Source of the DNA: Octopus sinensis
Lineage: Eukaryota
Assembly: GCF_006345805.1 (NCBI RefSeq)
Contig: NC_043013.1
Location: forward strand, 15,748,001 to 15,812,000
Length of the DNA: 64,000 bases
Reading direction: 5' to 3'
The notes beneath the pieces were generated by a model that saw nothing but the letters and a program-made list of their open reading frames with translations, made no database searches and had not been told where the DNA came from. The position numbers and the translations under genes were made by a program. This document shows positions 40,814 to 54,355 of this stretch, in pieces. Numbering within the stretch: position 1 is the stretch's first letter; every line of letters begins with the position of its first letter.

Positions 40814-41847
40814 CTGGAAACAGAAGACTTGAGTAACTTTCTGTCAAGTTATCAACTTAGAAAATAAAAATGTATTAACTCTACTTGACATTGATTACTT
40901 TTATCTTCCTTTTAATTCAAACACACTTGTATTCACTGTATGTGTGCATGTGAGGATGGATGGATATAAATATGTGTGTGTGTGTATATATATATGAGAG
41001 AGAGAACAGGAAGTTATCCGATAGTTCTAATTATATACTTTATTTACTTATCAGTTAGTTTACATGTATTTAATATTTAAACAAAGTACCTCTCCCAAAA
41101 ATGTTCTACCAACTACCTTTTTTAGTCAATAAAAATGAACAGAATTGCAATTATTGGTTCATTCATACATTATTTTCTATAGTAATACTTTAACATTATT
41201 TGTTCAAGCATTACCAAAGATTTAAAGGAGAGAGAGAGAGAGAGAGGGAGAGAGAAAGAAAGAGAGAGAGAGACTTCACTTTGTAAAACCAAGAGAAAAA
41301 TGTGTCAATACAATAGTTTGATTGTTAGAATGAAAGCTAACATCCTAGCAGCTGGCAAGTGAAGCAGGGATAATGAACAAATATTGTAGTGAAAAATATT
41401 ATTCTAACCATTACTCAGACACAGCAATCAATTACATAATTATTCTGATAATGACAAATGAATATTTCTTAATTTCTTGTAAGTAAATTTCAAAGACATG
41501 ATAGCATAGTCAAAACAGAAAATATCAGTTAACATTTGTTTGATTCTAAGAATGCTTAGTTAGGGAGTATCCAAAGCATTTAAAAGATTACACACACAAT
41601 ATCAAGCCAGCATTACCCATGCTAATTGCAGATAAAATTATGTCTACATAAAACTGCCTGCAAATGGTGTTGAATGCTTACATATCAATGATTTTTTTTT
41701 AAAAACCATTTATGAAAACCTATAAGATTTTTCATAAATGATTATTTTTACCAACTCATTCAACACCATAAGAGCAGTATTGAATTTCGTTCAATGTCAA
41801 TTACATAATGTGTAACCCACTGCAGTGTCTGTCAAATATATACTTAC

Positions 41848-41873
41848 CATTTTTAGTCAACTCTTAACATTTG
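41848..41873 (-). other. 26-nt cassette exon with stop codons in all three frames; phase 1 gives (A)NVKS*
   Basis: gttacccctttttcag|CAAATGTTAAGAGTTGACTAAAAATG|gtaagt; near-consensus splice sites. Confidence 0.5.
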
Positions 41874-44800
41874 CTGAAAAAGGGGTAACATTCGCTAGAG
41901 ACATGTGCAATTTTCTTACAATAGATGAAAAATAATGTATAGCCTAATTTTAGAGTCGAAAGCAATAAATCCAAGAGGTGGGTACAAGAACACCATTAGA
42001 AGAATAAAAGTTTTAACTATAGAAAGTTTTGATGATTGGAAAGAATTACAGGAAATAAAATGTGTACATAAATATTATGTGGAAGTATGTGTTACTGGTT
42101 TAATATAAAACCTACACCTTCAAATTTCAACACAATATTTTAAAGTTATTTTCCATTTATGTTTAAAATACTAATCAATTTACTACTTCTTAAATATTGT
42201 TATTTACAGTTGAGGAAAAAAAATATTTAATATCAACTTTTCTGATCAAACAATAATTGCCATTTATTTTTAATGAACATCCAAAAGCTATTTTAATGAG
42301 GATTCTAAAAAATTAGAAATCATTCATATATATATTGTAACGCAATCCTTTAGGGACACATATACTCAAGTATTTTTAAGTGTAAAGAGAGACAACAGTT
42401 TACAACATACTGAAACTATGATTTTTTAAATATTTAGGAGTTTAAGAAAAAAAAATGTAAGATCTCCTAACTATCATATGTAATTATCTTGATATAAAAA
42501 AATCCAAAATGACTACCTTTGGAGCTAAATATATTCTCTTTGATAACTGTGCAAGTGATAGTATAAGCTTTTAACATTATAACATTAGTATTGTGTCATG
42601 CAATTCAAGTAAATCTAACAAATTTATAGCCAGACCAAATAACAGTATTTTAACTATAATAATAGATTTACAACCATGCAAGGTTTTTTTTTATGACAAC
42701 AAAACAATGAATATTAGCACATGGAATTTGACTAAATTCAAGCAAGCTCCATAAAAATGAAAAAAAATTACCAAGATCACTTCAAATTCATATGAAACAT
42801 AAAAAATAATACTATTTAGAAATTAACAAAAATGACTTAAAACTTGAAATATATTTTCTTCAAATTGGAATAATTGAAAAAGCAGTCTTGGTAATTTTAT
42901 AGAAGGGATAAGAACAAATCACCTTGCAAAAACATAACACTGATTAGTTTAAAAGCACATTTTATCAAGTACTGATCTGAATAGAGAATATCCTGTTTTA
43001 AACTTGTAACTATAAAAAGTGAAAAATCTTTTTTCTCATATTTCATTTTTTTTTTTAATTAGCATAGAATTACTTTTATAGATGTTTACCATAAATTCAT
43101 TACCTTATAGTCAGTAAGTAGTCCAGCAACTTAATGAGTCTGACGAATAAAACTATTTGTCAGGCAATTCTTTTGATTAGCTTTAGAACCTTGTTAATAC
43201 TAAAACTAGAGAGATACAACAATTATAACCCATGCTAGGTGCCTTTCCAAATATCTGCTAGAGAGGCATGATGAAAGCTTATTTTTTGGGGAAGGAATAT
43301 TGTTAAGTAATGACATTCATGCATTTCCCAAGGGCATTAGTAATAATATGCTACTGATATCCCACATAATTAACAAAATAAAATGTTTTAAAAAAAAAAG
43401 AGATAAAAATAAGAACTTTCTGTATGTAAATCTCAAAACTAAGTAACAATATATGTGTGTATGTGTGTGCATGATGTATGTAAAAAAAAAAAAAAAATGA
43501 ACTACTGAGTTTTTATGATTATCAGAGCAGATAAGAAAAAAGTCAACATATTTACTTTGAGATAATTCATTTTGTATTGATTGTATTTTACTAAATGCTA
43601 AATTAATTAGAAATTTTCAAATCAATGAACAAAACAACAAAAAATCTAAGTCTGTTGCAATTTAAGGTTGAATTCTATTTCTATTGTGTATTTACAAGTG
43701 CTAGACATTTGCTGTGAAGCTTTCAAATAATTAACCCTTGATTAATTAGTAAAATTCACAAATAAAATATGTATAGAAAAGTATTTCTCACAGAGAAACA
43801 TTACAACAATTTATTTCCACACTCCACCACCATCCCTAATTTTTTTGTAGTGTGTAGTTTTACTAAACGTTACAGTTTGCAAAAGCCTGTTTCTCAGTCC
43901 AACTAAATGTTATCATATGCATTAAAAAGGTGTGCACATAGACATACATACACTTAAAGAGAAAACATACTCACACACCATTTAGTCTGGAGAAATGATA
44001 AAATAAAAGCCTTTTTTGGATAACAGCATAGGCAATAAAAAAATTTACTCTTTAAATTAGTACCATTGCCTTGGTTAAAAAAAAACAAAAGTTTTGTGTA
44101 AACATTCTGGACAGAAAGTTGAAAATTTCATAAATTCCCCAGCCATTTATTTACTATTCCCAGTGAAACTATCTAATCTAAAATAAAGTCTAGTTAAATG
44201 CCTGAGCATTACTTCTAAAACAGAATATTCTTCACAGAAAGCTAAGTTTATAGGAGGAAGTTATACAGGATTAGGTATTCACTACCCTTCAGAAACATTC
44301 TGCTATTGCCTTTGAAACTTCCCTTCCGTTGACCATAACTGTTTTCAAATATGTTCATTGCAAGCCATGAAGAAGTTGGAAGACATAATAACCTAATTTT
44401 TACTCTCTACTTTCAATAAATATTCATACCCAATATTTCATACTCTAAACTTTACTTCTAAAACTAAAAACAAATCCGCAATCTGCTTACATTTTCAATT
44501 ATTTGCTTTCATTCTCATATTTCAATGTACTTTGTTATATATGTGTGTTGTTATGTATGTGCCTGTGTGTAATATTACCAATGTGTAATGTGAAGAGAAA
44601 TAGCATTTTCAGTCTAAATCTCAAGAAACAGAATTTGTGAAGAGAGAAATGAGAGGATGAATAGATGTCAATCAAATTCTCAAAGTAGAAATAACATCTT
44701 AAACAATTAAGTAGTACATTGAAGTCGGGGGACTGCTTGGAAAGCCTGTGTAACTAAAATATCTCCTTTACAAGACAGTTCCTATACAGTTAAAATGCTA

Positions 44801-45879
44801 CACTGCTAAACATGTGGTCTTGTGATCAAACTTTATTACAGCCATTTAGCTTCTCGAGGAAAAAACATTTGTCAGCTTCAGTTTGTTTGACTGATTAAAG
44901 GCTGTAGTGTTATTAAACGACAAACATGCTATCCATCTGTAAAAACAACTGCTCAAATATAAACTATACAAGGTTTCCATGCCATGAAATTTTAAAACAG
45001 CAGAGAAAATAAACACATTTAATAAGCTGTTACTATTAACAGACAATACTATGTATATGTAATGCATAAACAATGTATTGTATATTATTGTAAATACTAA
45101 AGAAAAGTTTTGCAATAAATAGGAGTTAACTCATTCAGAGTTCATTATCAGAATCCTAAAAAATAGTAATATGTTTACTCAGGTACTAAATATAAGGAGT
45201 TAATACCACTACTCACTAAAGTTCACTAAATCGTCTTACATGAAGACAGTAAATCCCTTGGAGAACCCATACATGTAACTAGTCTCTAATGATGGTTTTC
45301 ATCAGTTGAGAACAATTTGTTAGTCATTTGTATCAAAGAAAAAGGAATCTTCAAAAAGATGACTTAAAAAAATTATTTTTAATGTATTAATTCCTGCTAA
45401 CATGTTTAACAGGAACATATTTTCCTATAGATTCCAAAATTATATTAGCCACATCCTTAATGTAAGAATATTACTAGGAAACTGTGTTTGTAATGGGAGC
45501 TTGTTATTTTCTCAGCATGGAGCACAACTTGAAGATCAAAGGAGACGTGGAGCCCTAGAGTTGTACTGAAGATACCAATACAATTAGTAACTAAAAACAC
45601 AAGCTGAAATGAAATCTATGTAATCTATTTAAAATACTTCTTCCCAGTTTTATGCAGGAGTCATAGAGGTAGAAAAATATATATATGAGTCGCTTTCTGA
45701 ACTGATTTTTGAATGTAGGGCTGAATTTAAAAATCAGTTAAACTGTCACTAACATCAAACACAAACAAGAAAATGTTTAAAGTATAAGTGTTAATACTGC
45801 AGCTGATGAAGACAATCATCATTATTCAGTTCAAAAATGTCTTGCCTACATGCCATGCCAGCAGGGACTGGACTTGTCT

Positions 45880-46200
45880 CCTGCACAACAATGCATCATT
45901 GTTGTACCTCTAAGTACTGGCATAACTTTTTCCTTCGATTTCCCTTCATAGGTTCTTTTCATTAACACACACCACTGTAATGACAACTGAATGCATCAAA
46001 TATCAAGTCATCTCCTCCTTATTTCGGCTCATGACTTTAAATTCTCAATCATTCTCTCATTCATTCATGCAGGTTATAACATCATATAATGTCCAACAAA
46101 TCATGCACACCTCATTTTACTTTTCAGCCTACACAAATTCTGCGCATGCAATGCTTGTCCCAGTACCATGCAATACTATAAGCATGTCTGTATAAAGTAT
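45880..46200 (-). mobile_element. Probable RTE LINE 3' remnant
   Basis: Degraded KRTYEGK.EGK-like segment. Confidence 0.3.
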
Positions 46201-46639
46201 GCCTCATACAGTCTGCCTTTTACATTAAGAAACCTTTCACTGCAAAGCCAACAGAGGAGACACCAGAATAATATCCAACATTCATTATGCTATCTACAAA
46301 AATTAACAAAGCTATAGATGCAATTAAACTAAAATTACCATCAATACCATGACATGGTGGTTATTATTTAGGCCCCAATCAACCTTGATATATTAGACTT
46401 ATGACCAATGGCACTTCAGCTATAACCACCTTATCTTTTCAGGAATTTTCATTCAAAATATATCCAACTGCTGCCTTGTGGGCAAAATCCTTTGGGTGGG
46501 AGGTGACACCACCCTTCCTGCACATAGATAAAAACATCTGCACTGGCAGGCTGTGCCAGGTCCCGGCTGCCATGTCCAGAGTGCTGACATCCAGTGCACG
46601 TTTGTCCAATTTTCATTTTCATGTAAGATGACCAAAAGC

Positions 46640-47255
46640 AATGAGCAAAGACCACAAACCCATGTCCCATCACCAGTGATAATGGTCTTCATGAAGTCTG
46701 GGTCATGGTTTGCACAGTCCAGAATGCCCTGAGTGATTTCCATGCGGAGTTGCTTCTGCTGTGCTACCAGCATGGGATAAATTTTACTGACACTCTTCCG
46801 CATGCACAAATCTGCCATTAAAATGGAATGTACTGATCCTGTTATTCTTCCCAGTTAGTAAGCAGCTTCCTGGATTGTTACAAGATGGTCTTGCATGATT
46901 ATTCACCAAACCTTTAACGGCTCCTTGTTTCAGCTTGTGGGTGGCCTGCCTGAGCATACCTTACAGTAATGTTTGAAGCAGTTATACCACTCCTTGATCT
47001 GAGTTTTGTGCATAGCAGCATTGTCAAAGGCCGACTGAATGTTCTGGATGGTTTGAACTTGAGTATCCAGCTTTTGGTAAAACTTGATACAATGTTTCTT
47101 CTCGATGTGTTTGATGAAAATGAAAATCTGATTAGCACACACTGAATATCTGCATTCCGTGTGCAACAGCCAGGAACTGGCATGACCTACTGGTGCAAAA
47201 ACTTTCACACATGCACAGAAAGGGTGGCATGGATACTTTTTGAACCCACCTCACA
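46640..47255 (-). mobile_element. 5' portion of a mariner (DD34D-like) transposase pseudogene
   Basis: ORFs CIKFYQKLD...AMHKTQIKEWYNCFK (HTH) and QKQLRMEI...DFMKTIITGDGTWV (first D motif); TIR-like end gaggtgggttcaaaaagtatcc. Confidence 0.85.
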
Positions 47256-50189
47256 CACACAAAACTACATTATCAAAATGTCCAGGTATTTTAAGATAAT
47301 AGGATGTTACAAGTAAAAGATGGAGACTTCGCTGCTACTTTTAGCAGGCCAAGTGATCACATACAGACTGCCTTAGCAACTTGCTTGGTTATCCACGCTG
47401 GTAAGAATCTGATAAATCTGTTTGATTACATCTGACACTCCAACCACAATCTACAGATGAAGTAAGCCTTAATTGCAAAAATCAGTGAAGCTACAACTGT
47501 CACTTAACATACAGATGCATTCCTAACAAAATAATTAAATGTAATTAGCAATTAAGTGAGTGAGTGAAAAGTGACATAAAAGTAATTTTATCTTGCATAT
47601 TCAGACGTTTGTATAAAGAGAAAACAAGAAACAAATCATAATAGGTTCATTATAGTTTCTGCAGAGGTAGGGGAAGTTGTAGATTAAAACTTTATCAATA
47701 TTCTTTTAAATTGATTTAAATTTGAATATCTCCAAAATTAAATTGAAGATGACAGACTGGAATAATAAAAGCAATTAGATATTAAATTGCAAGACTATTT
47801 GTACTTATAGGAAAAATATGCTAAAAGTTTAAAAAAAAAAAGTCTTTGAAAGCAATCTTCAATGAAGATAAATTTCTATTTAATGATGCTAAATTTGACA
47901 ATGTAAAATGTTAATTGTGAGTATAAAGTATTATTACTAAGATAATCATATTATAGTTAATTTGCTCGATTCAGTGGTTTTGAGAGGCTACAAGGCTATA
48001 TATCTGTAGTCAGTGGCTACAACTGAAATAATTTTGGTGCTTTCAAGAGTTGGGGAGGGAAATAATTATTAACTAATTTGAATTTTATTTAATTCTGAAA
48101 TAGTAACTTAAAACCATATGTCTATTTTGAATAGGTTTACTAAATTAGCCTTAGTTTCATATTACATTTTGAATAGCATGTTTATGCATATCGTAGAACT
48201 TGTAAAATGTCTTAACATACTTATTTCAGTATAGCAGACACCACCTTCCTCCAATACTACAACTATATACCTAAGGTACAGAGTGTTATGGAAAGTTAAT
48301 CTGTGAAGTCACACACACACACACACACACACATATGTAAGTCGTATTTTACTGATATAATGTTCTAGTAAAGAATCTTCACTTTCTCATACACACATAG
48401 GTAGTAAATCTACACACTTGTTTAAGATTGGAACTATAGTTAACATCTGTAAGAAATACAAAAAAGTTTTTTTTATTTGTCACCATCCATTGTTGGTTTA
48501 ATCAAGATAAACAATTTTCCTCAGGAAGAGATGGTATAATGTAACACACCCACAGTTTTATTCAAAATCATTTTCATCCTGTTGTTTAATAACTACATCT
48601 TCATAAATACTCTTTCAACCCAAACCACCCATCTAACAGTACATATTGGCTTATGTTTTCCCTAAAGCAACTATTTTTTTCCATGCATGAGTCATATACA
48701 CTACACTGTTCATATGATGACTAGTAATGCATCAGTGTTCCCAAATGTTCTTTTACCTCTGCAGTCAGACAATTGTATTACAATTGTCTGTTAATTATGA
48801 AGAGTTTGGATTACCTTGGTGCCTGTACGATGAAGCAGTAATGCACATGCCTTAGACAAAACATTTTTTAATGCCTCAGCTAATCTACTTAGCAAAAGAA
48901 AATTGAAAGTTTTCACACAACAAAAGTGGTGATAATATGTTAAAACAAAGAATAAATAACACCATAAAATCAAGACTTTCTTTGCTGACGATTATCTGTA
49001 AATACCTTTAATTAGATCAGATTTCAGAATGACAAAGTTTCCTTTAAGAGCTTATTGACAGGAGAAAGTTACAATTTTTTTTTGTTCAATTGAAAAGTTT
49101 GTAATCACAAAAAAAAAAAAAAATGTATTTTAGCCCTATTTTCAACACATCTACTTACAAAATGTTATATACACACTTCAGTCTTTATTTTCTTTTTGAT
49201 AGAGCTAAGAGTGAATAGGATGTGATATTCCTGATGAACACCATGTCACCAATCTGCTTTTGAATTTACAGATCCAACACCATTTCCAAACTAACTCACC
49301 ATACCCACCTTTCTTCCTAATATTTCACAGGCCCTTCTCCCTCCCACTCCCCAGCTCTATCTTTCCACTAAATATCAGACAATATTGACAACATAATAAT
49401 TATACTAACCTCACCACACAACAAGCCCTTCCTTTCCCAGACTAACAAATATACACAAAAACAAACAATGAAAAAACCTTCAAAGTAATGAAGCTGTGCC
49501 ATTGAAAACCCACTGACTAAATGCTGACTGACTCCAGCTGCAATGGTTGTGAAGCAACCATTACAAAAAGAGACATTCGGTGAAAGAAAAGCAAGCCAAT
49601 GATCTCTCTCCCCACCATTTTACCAGTTACTTACAACTACATATGTAACTATAAACACACACACACATCCCATTATACAACACAGACAGCTCAGTCAACT
49701 GCAGGCTAGCTCTAAAAAGCTGCTATCTTTGCTACCAGATTTTCTAATAAACTCCGCTCCTAACATCACACACATAACAAACACATAATTTACTAGACAT
49801 TCCAGCTTCTTTAGTTGCCAAATTCAAAACACAAAATGCCCTTAAGAAATTGCGTTATCTATCTAGCTTTGCAAGCAGACCCATTCACATATAACAGTGG
49901 GAGGTAAACCAATCCTTCAAACTAACATCTAATATGTTTTACCTTCAGTATTCATAAATATGAGAGTGTATGTGTGAGGGAGAGAAAGAGAGGTATCACA
50001 GAACATTCTTTAAAGAATTTTCAACCTTTCTGCTTCTTTTGCTAATTCCTGCCAATAATCTATTGAAGACCGCTTCATTTATCACATATGAAACCATGTG
50101 TCATTTTCAAATTGAACCCCTGTGTATAATACCTGCAAAAGTTTTTCTTTTTTCTTTCTAAATTACCCCCTCGAAATTTTTGCTAGCTT

Positions 50190-50360
50190 TTACTTGTTTC
50201 AGTCACTGGCCGGTGGCCATTCTGCAGCACACCTTGAAAGATTTAGTTGAGCAAATTGACCCCAGTATATTGTTTTGAAGTCAGGTACTTATTCCATTAG
50301 TCTCTTTTGGCAAACCACTACCTCAATGTTAAGGGGTCATAAACAGAGTTGAGGGGGGCA
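50190..50360 (+). mobile_element. SINE fragment (family B); second copy at about 51530-51700
   Basis: cttgtttcagtca...caccttgaaagatttagt...gaccccagta...ggtacttattc shared. Confidence 0.65.
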
Positions 50361-52462
50361 TAAATACACACATACATAATTCTAATTGTTTTTTTGTTTT
50401 TGTTGTATTTTTCTCCAAAGGTATGAATCCAATGTAAACATTTTAATTTTAAAGAGCAATTATGAACCAGCTGAAGATTAGCAGTAAGTAGCCATTTACA
50501 TTGTTGTCATGCTATAAAATAGAATGATTTGTTTATAAGATATTACTTATGAAGAAGAAGACTTAAAAACCTATTGCAAGATCTAATATTAAATAGACAA
50601 TATTAGAATTAAAAAGGAAAAAAATCAATAAAAAACACGTTTGCCGCAAGATAGCCTAGAATAATTTAGAACAAGTATTTACTGTCCTATAAAGATTGGC
50701 ATTTACCCAAATGTTTCATTAATATAATTTCTTTTCAACAAAGCTAACTTGCAAAAAAAACCTTTTAACACATGCAATACATTAAATGATTTTTTTTTTC
50801 TTCTCTTAAGAATAATTTTAAAAGTTTTTATGCATCATTTAAATTTTTAAAAAAAGGGGGGTGAGTTAACTGTATTTATTAAAAACCTGGGCAGATACAG
50901 ACTGAGAAATAATTATTTAATAATTACAAATATTAACGATGACACAAATTTAATTTAACATCAATGATATTATTGCGCTATTTATCTGATTGTTCTTGTA
51001 GTTTACCTTGATCAAACAGACCTATGATCAAAGGAATTCAAGCAATGACTAGTCTGCCATTGTGTATCTCACAATATAGTCTAATGTGCCTTTCCTTCAT
51101 TAAGATGGCAAGGAGTCATTTAATATAAATTTTGCTGTTACCTCTGGTAGTTTGAAGAACCATGAATTCACCCCCGTCATTAATTCATGTCTGTACACCA
51201 TAAGTTGAAAAACCAGTTAGCAACCATATACAGACCCTTCAATAATATTTAGTGGCGATACAGTGCCAGCAGTACTATCTTCATAGTCCCAGAGTGTGAT
51301 ATATTGTCATTACAGTATTCAAATGAAACATATACAGCAGTACATGACAAAGCAAGTAGCAACACAAAATACTTTAAACCAGAGAGATGATTTGCCAGTG
51401 GTAGAAGCAGGAGAAAGTAATATAAAACGTCAATAAAGTCCTGGCAGGCCTGTGTAGATAATAGATCAAAACAATTTGCACTTGAAAAGAAGTGGGGCTT
51501 TCAGTTTTCACATCAGGATATCTTTTATCTTCTACTTGTTTTAGTCATTGGACTACAACCATGCTAGGGCACCACCTTGAAAGATTTAGTCAAACAATTT
51601 GACCCCAGTACTTTCTTTTTTAAAGAAGTCTGGTACTTATTCTATCATTCTCTTTTGCCAAACTAAGTTATGGGACAAAATCAACCCCTCTTGTCACTTG
51701 GTGGGATAGCACACATGCACATGATGGGCTTCAGTTTCCATCTACCAAATTCACTCACAAGGCATTGATCAACCTGTAGTCATAGAAGACACTTGCCCAA
51801 GGTATTGCCCAGAGGGACAGGACTTAAAACCACATATGCAAAGCAGGCATCTTAATCACAGTCATGCTAGAAATAAATTCGGAAACAAAAGCTCAAACAG
51901 CTCAGAAATACAGTAAACAATAGATTTCCATAAATCCATCCCCATACAAATTTTAAATTACATTATTTAAAATTTTCTAGATAATCTAATCTTTTATAGT
52001 TTCTGTTTAACACTTTGCTTCAAGTGGCTCTTAACATCCTGTACGATACACATTCATACATCAGTATTTCTGTCTGTTAGTCCCACACCACCTAGAATCA
52101 CATGAATCAATCCAACCTTGTTTATATTCCTTGTACAAAAAAGTATAAACTCTATAATTCGTTTACACTCTGCAATACTCATTTACAGCAAGCCCATGTA
52201 TTGCTGAATCTTTGCAAATTATCATTATTATTATTATTTGTAGAAACTTTCTTTGAAAAATGGCTATTAATCTCTTTTGAACAACTTATTTGATGATTTA
52301 AGCTGTGAATTAATGGCTGATGAAGTTTGGAGATGACAGGACACATATATATTTTTTTTTTGCAAGTTTTCCATTGAATTTTGATTAGTACACTCACCTA
52401 AACTAATTTGTATGCAAAACAAAAGGGAAGTACCTAAATGCATTGATGAAATTTGTGCATAC

Positions 52463-52486
52463 CTGGGAGTGGGAGTAATGGCTTAC
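52463..52486 (-). CDS. 24-nt phase 1-1 microexon: (G)KPLLPLP
   Basis: cattataaaatttacag|GTAAGCCATTACTCCCACTCCCAG|gtatgc. Confidence 0.6.
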
Positions 52487-53493
52487 CTGTAAATTTTATA
52501 ATGAATGAGTTGTTGCAAAAAGCCGGGAAAATCTATTCTTTTCTTTCTTGATATTTGTAATGTCTATTACTAATTCAATTAAAGTTATTACTAACATCAT
52601 TTTTCTGAGTGTATCTGTTTTTCAATTAAGTAATTCACAACCACACATGCATGATCTTAGTTTTAGCACATATGAGTAATTATATTTAAAAAAAAAAATC
52701 TTTTCTGCAGTAATCTAAACATACTCCCTATTTAGGTATTTTCTGCTCAATTATTACATGACTGAGCTTTTTACTTAAAAATTTTCAATGGGATGTTAGA
52801 AATTAATCCCTGACTAATATTAAATACCTTATTCTCACCCCACCCCCGTATATATATAGATGTATATATATATTTTCTTATAATTAGAACCTTTCTTTCG
52901 AAGATATCATTACAATATTTTAAACTACACATGTATCCTATAGGAACAGATGTATAATGGCGTTAGATGAAAATGTAACCCAGTACTGCTTTCCCCTATC
53001 CACCACCAACATTAGGTTAGGTGGGGCAGTGGAAAATGTTATGTAGATATTGAAGAGAGCCGGGTGGTAATGGGTAACAGAAGTATTTGCACATTTTTGT
53101 TTTGTCTCCAATTTAAATATTAACTTTTAAAATAATTTTAAACGAAATATGTTAAACTGTTTATTAGCTAATGATAACAACATCAACAGCAATAATAGAC
53201 TTTGAAATATGACTAAATAAATAAACAAAACCTATGCTTATAGTATTTGCTTATAGCATCAAACTAGAGACTGGAACGAAATTATTCTGGCTTGCTGATA
53301 CATGAGTAAAAGGAGTGGGAAGAGATTTAAAATACTGTTAGTAAAAATAAAAGGGAAGTCAGCTAAAAAGAAAGTTTGAGAAGCACTGACGTAGCCCATG
53401 TTAAATAGTGGCACCAATAGGATTAGTTGTTAAGTTAAAATATTTATTTATTCTATTTGATATTGCAGTTGGTTAACAGGCTCACTGCATTAC

Positions 53494-53558
53494 CAACAGT
53501 GAGTGCGATGAAGGAGTTTCTGTAACCCAATGCAGAAAAATATCAAAAAGGAACTCAG
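53494..53558 (-). CDS. Candidate exon, 26 nt (53494-53519) or 65 nt; phase 1-0 (A)EFLFDIFLHWVTETPSSHSLL, or short form phase 2-1 RNSFIALTV
   Basis: Acceptors ttttttttcttttaag| and gggttacag|; donor TTG|gtaatg. Confidence 0.35.
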
Positions 53559-53929
53559 CTTAAAAGAAAAAAAAAGCACAAGTTTTCTTTTTTTCTTGCT
53601 GATGATTTCACATCGCTTGCCAATATATATCAACAAAAGATATACAAACATGTGTGTGTGTGTGTATGTGTATACATGTGGTTTATCCATACATCATCCT
53701 GCAATGATGTTTCCTGGAGTCACTGGTGTTTTGGATCTTTCAACAATCAAACACCCCCATCTGGGTCACCCAACCAGGGTTAATCAAGTATCAGCTTGTG
53801 TACAGTTAGCACTACTTTCCAGAGCCCATGTCCCTTGATCCACAGTTATTTTAAGTCAACCTCTGCTGCCTCCATAAACAACTTGTTCCGTCCAGTATAT
53901 TGTATGCCCTTGTTATGCCCAGTATACCA

Positions 53930-54120
53930 TAGGATATGCAGAGAGACTCACCTAAGCCTCTGACCCCACCTCAATGGGTCAAACCTTGCTTGCCATCTAT
54001 TGTTTCTGCACAACTGGCTCAGTATATTTCATTCTATTGCTGTATTTACCTTCTCAATAAGGTCCTCCCAGGTAACAGAGAGTCTAACAGAACCACCCGC
54101 ATGAATACTTTCAAGATCAG
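53930..54120 (-). mobile_element. Non-LTR retrotransposon fragment with restriction-like endonuclease (Hero/NeSL-like)
   Basis: Frameshifted LSVTWEDLIEK...CRNNRWQARFDP(IEVG.RG) resembles ELTVPWEE...PVEVGCRG. Confidence 0.55.
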
Positions 54121-54319
54121 TCCCATTTTTAGCCTCAATGTTGAGGTAACACACACACGTACACACACACAGAGGCTTCTGCAGAGTATTCATCTTTGAA
54201 ATTCCACTTACAAAGCATTAGTCAACTCAAAGCTATTGTAGGTGACACGTGCCCGTGGTGTCATGTGATGAGATTGAACATGCAAACTTTATAACCACAC
54301 CTGTGATCATACAACTAAC

Positions 54320-54355
54320 TCTCCAGACTGCCTCTCCCATGATGAGCAAGTACCA
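54320..54355 (-). CDS. Candidate 36-nt phase 1-1 exon: (V)VLAHHGRGSLE
   Basis: ttttatttatttatatctttcag|...GGAGA|gttagt; open in phase 1. Confidence 0.45.

Noticed and set aside
43104-43139. 36-nt phase 2-2 exon candidate (LIKLLDYLLTI)
   Set aside because: Phase does not fit neighbouring exons and there is no other support; left unannotated
51008-51022. Apparent 15-nt phase-1 microexon (GLFDQ)
   Set aside because: Lies in an interspersed repeat; similar sequence occurs near 29970 and 20290
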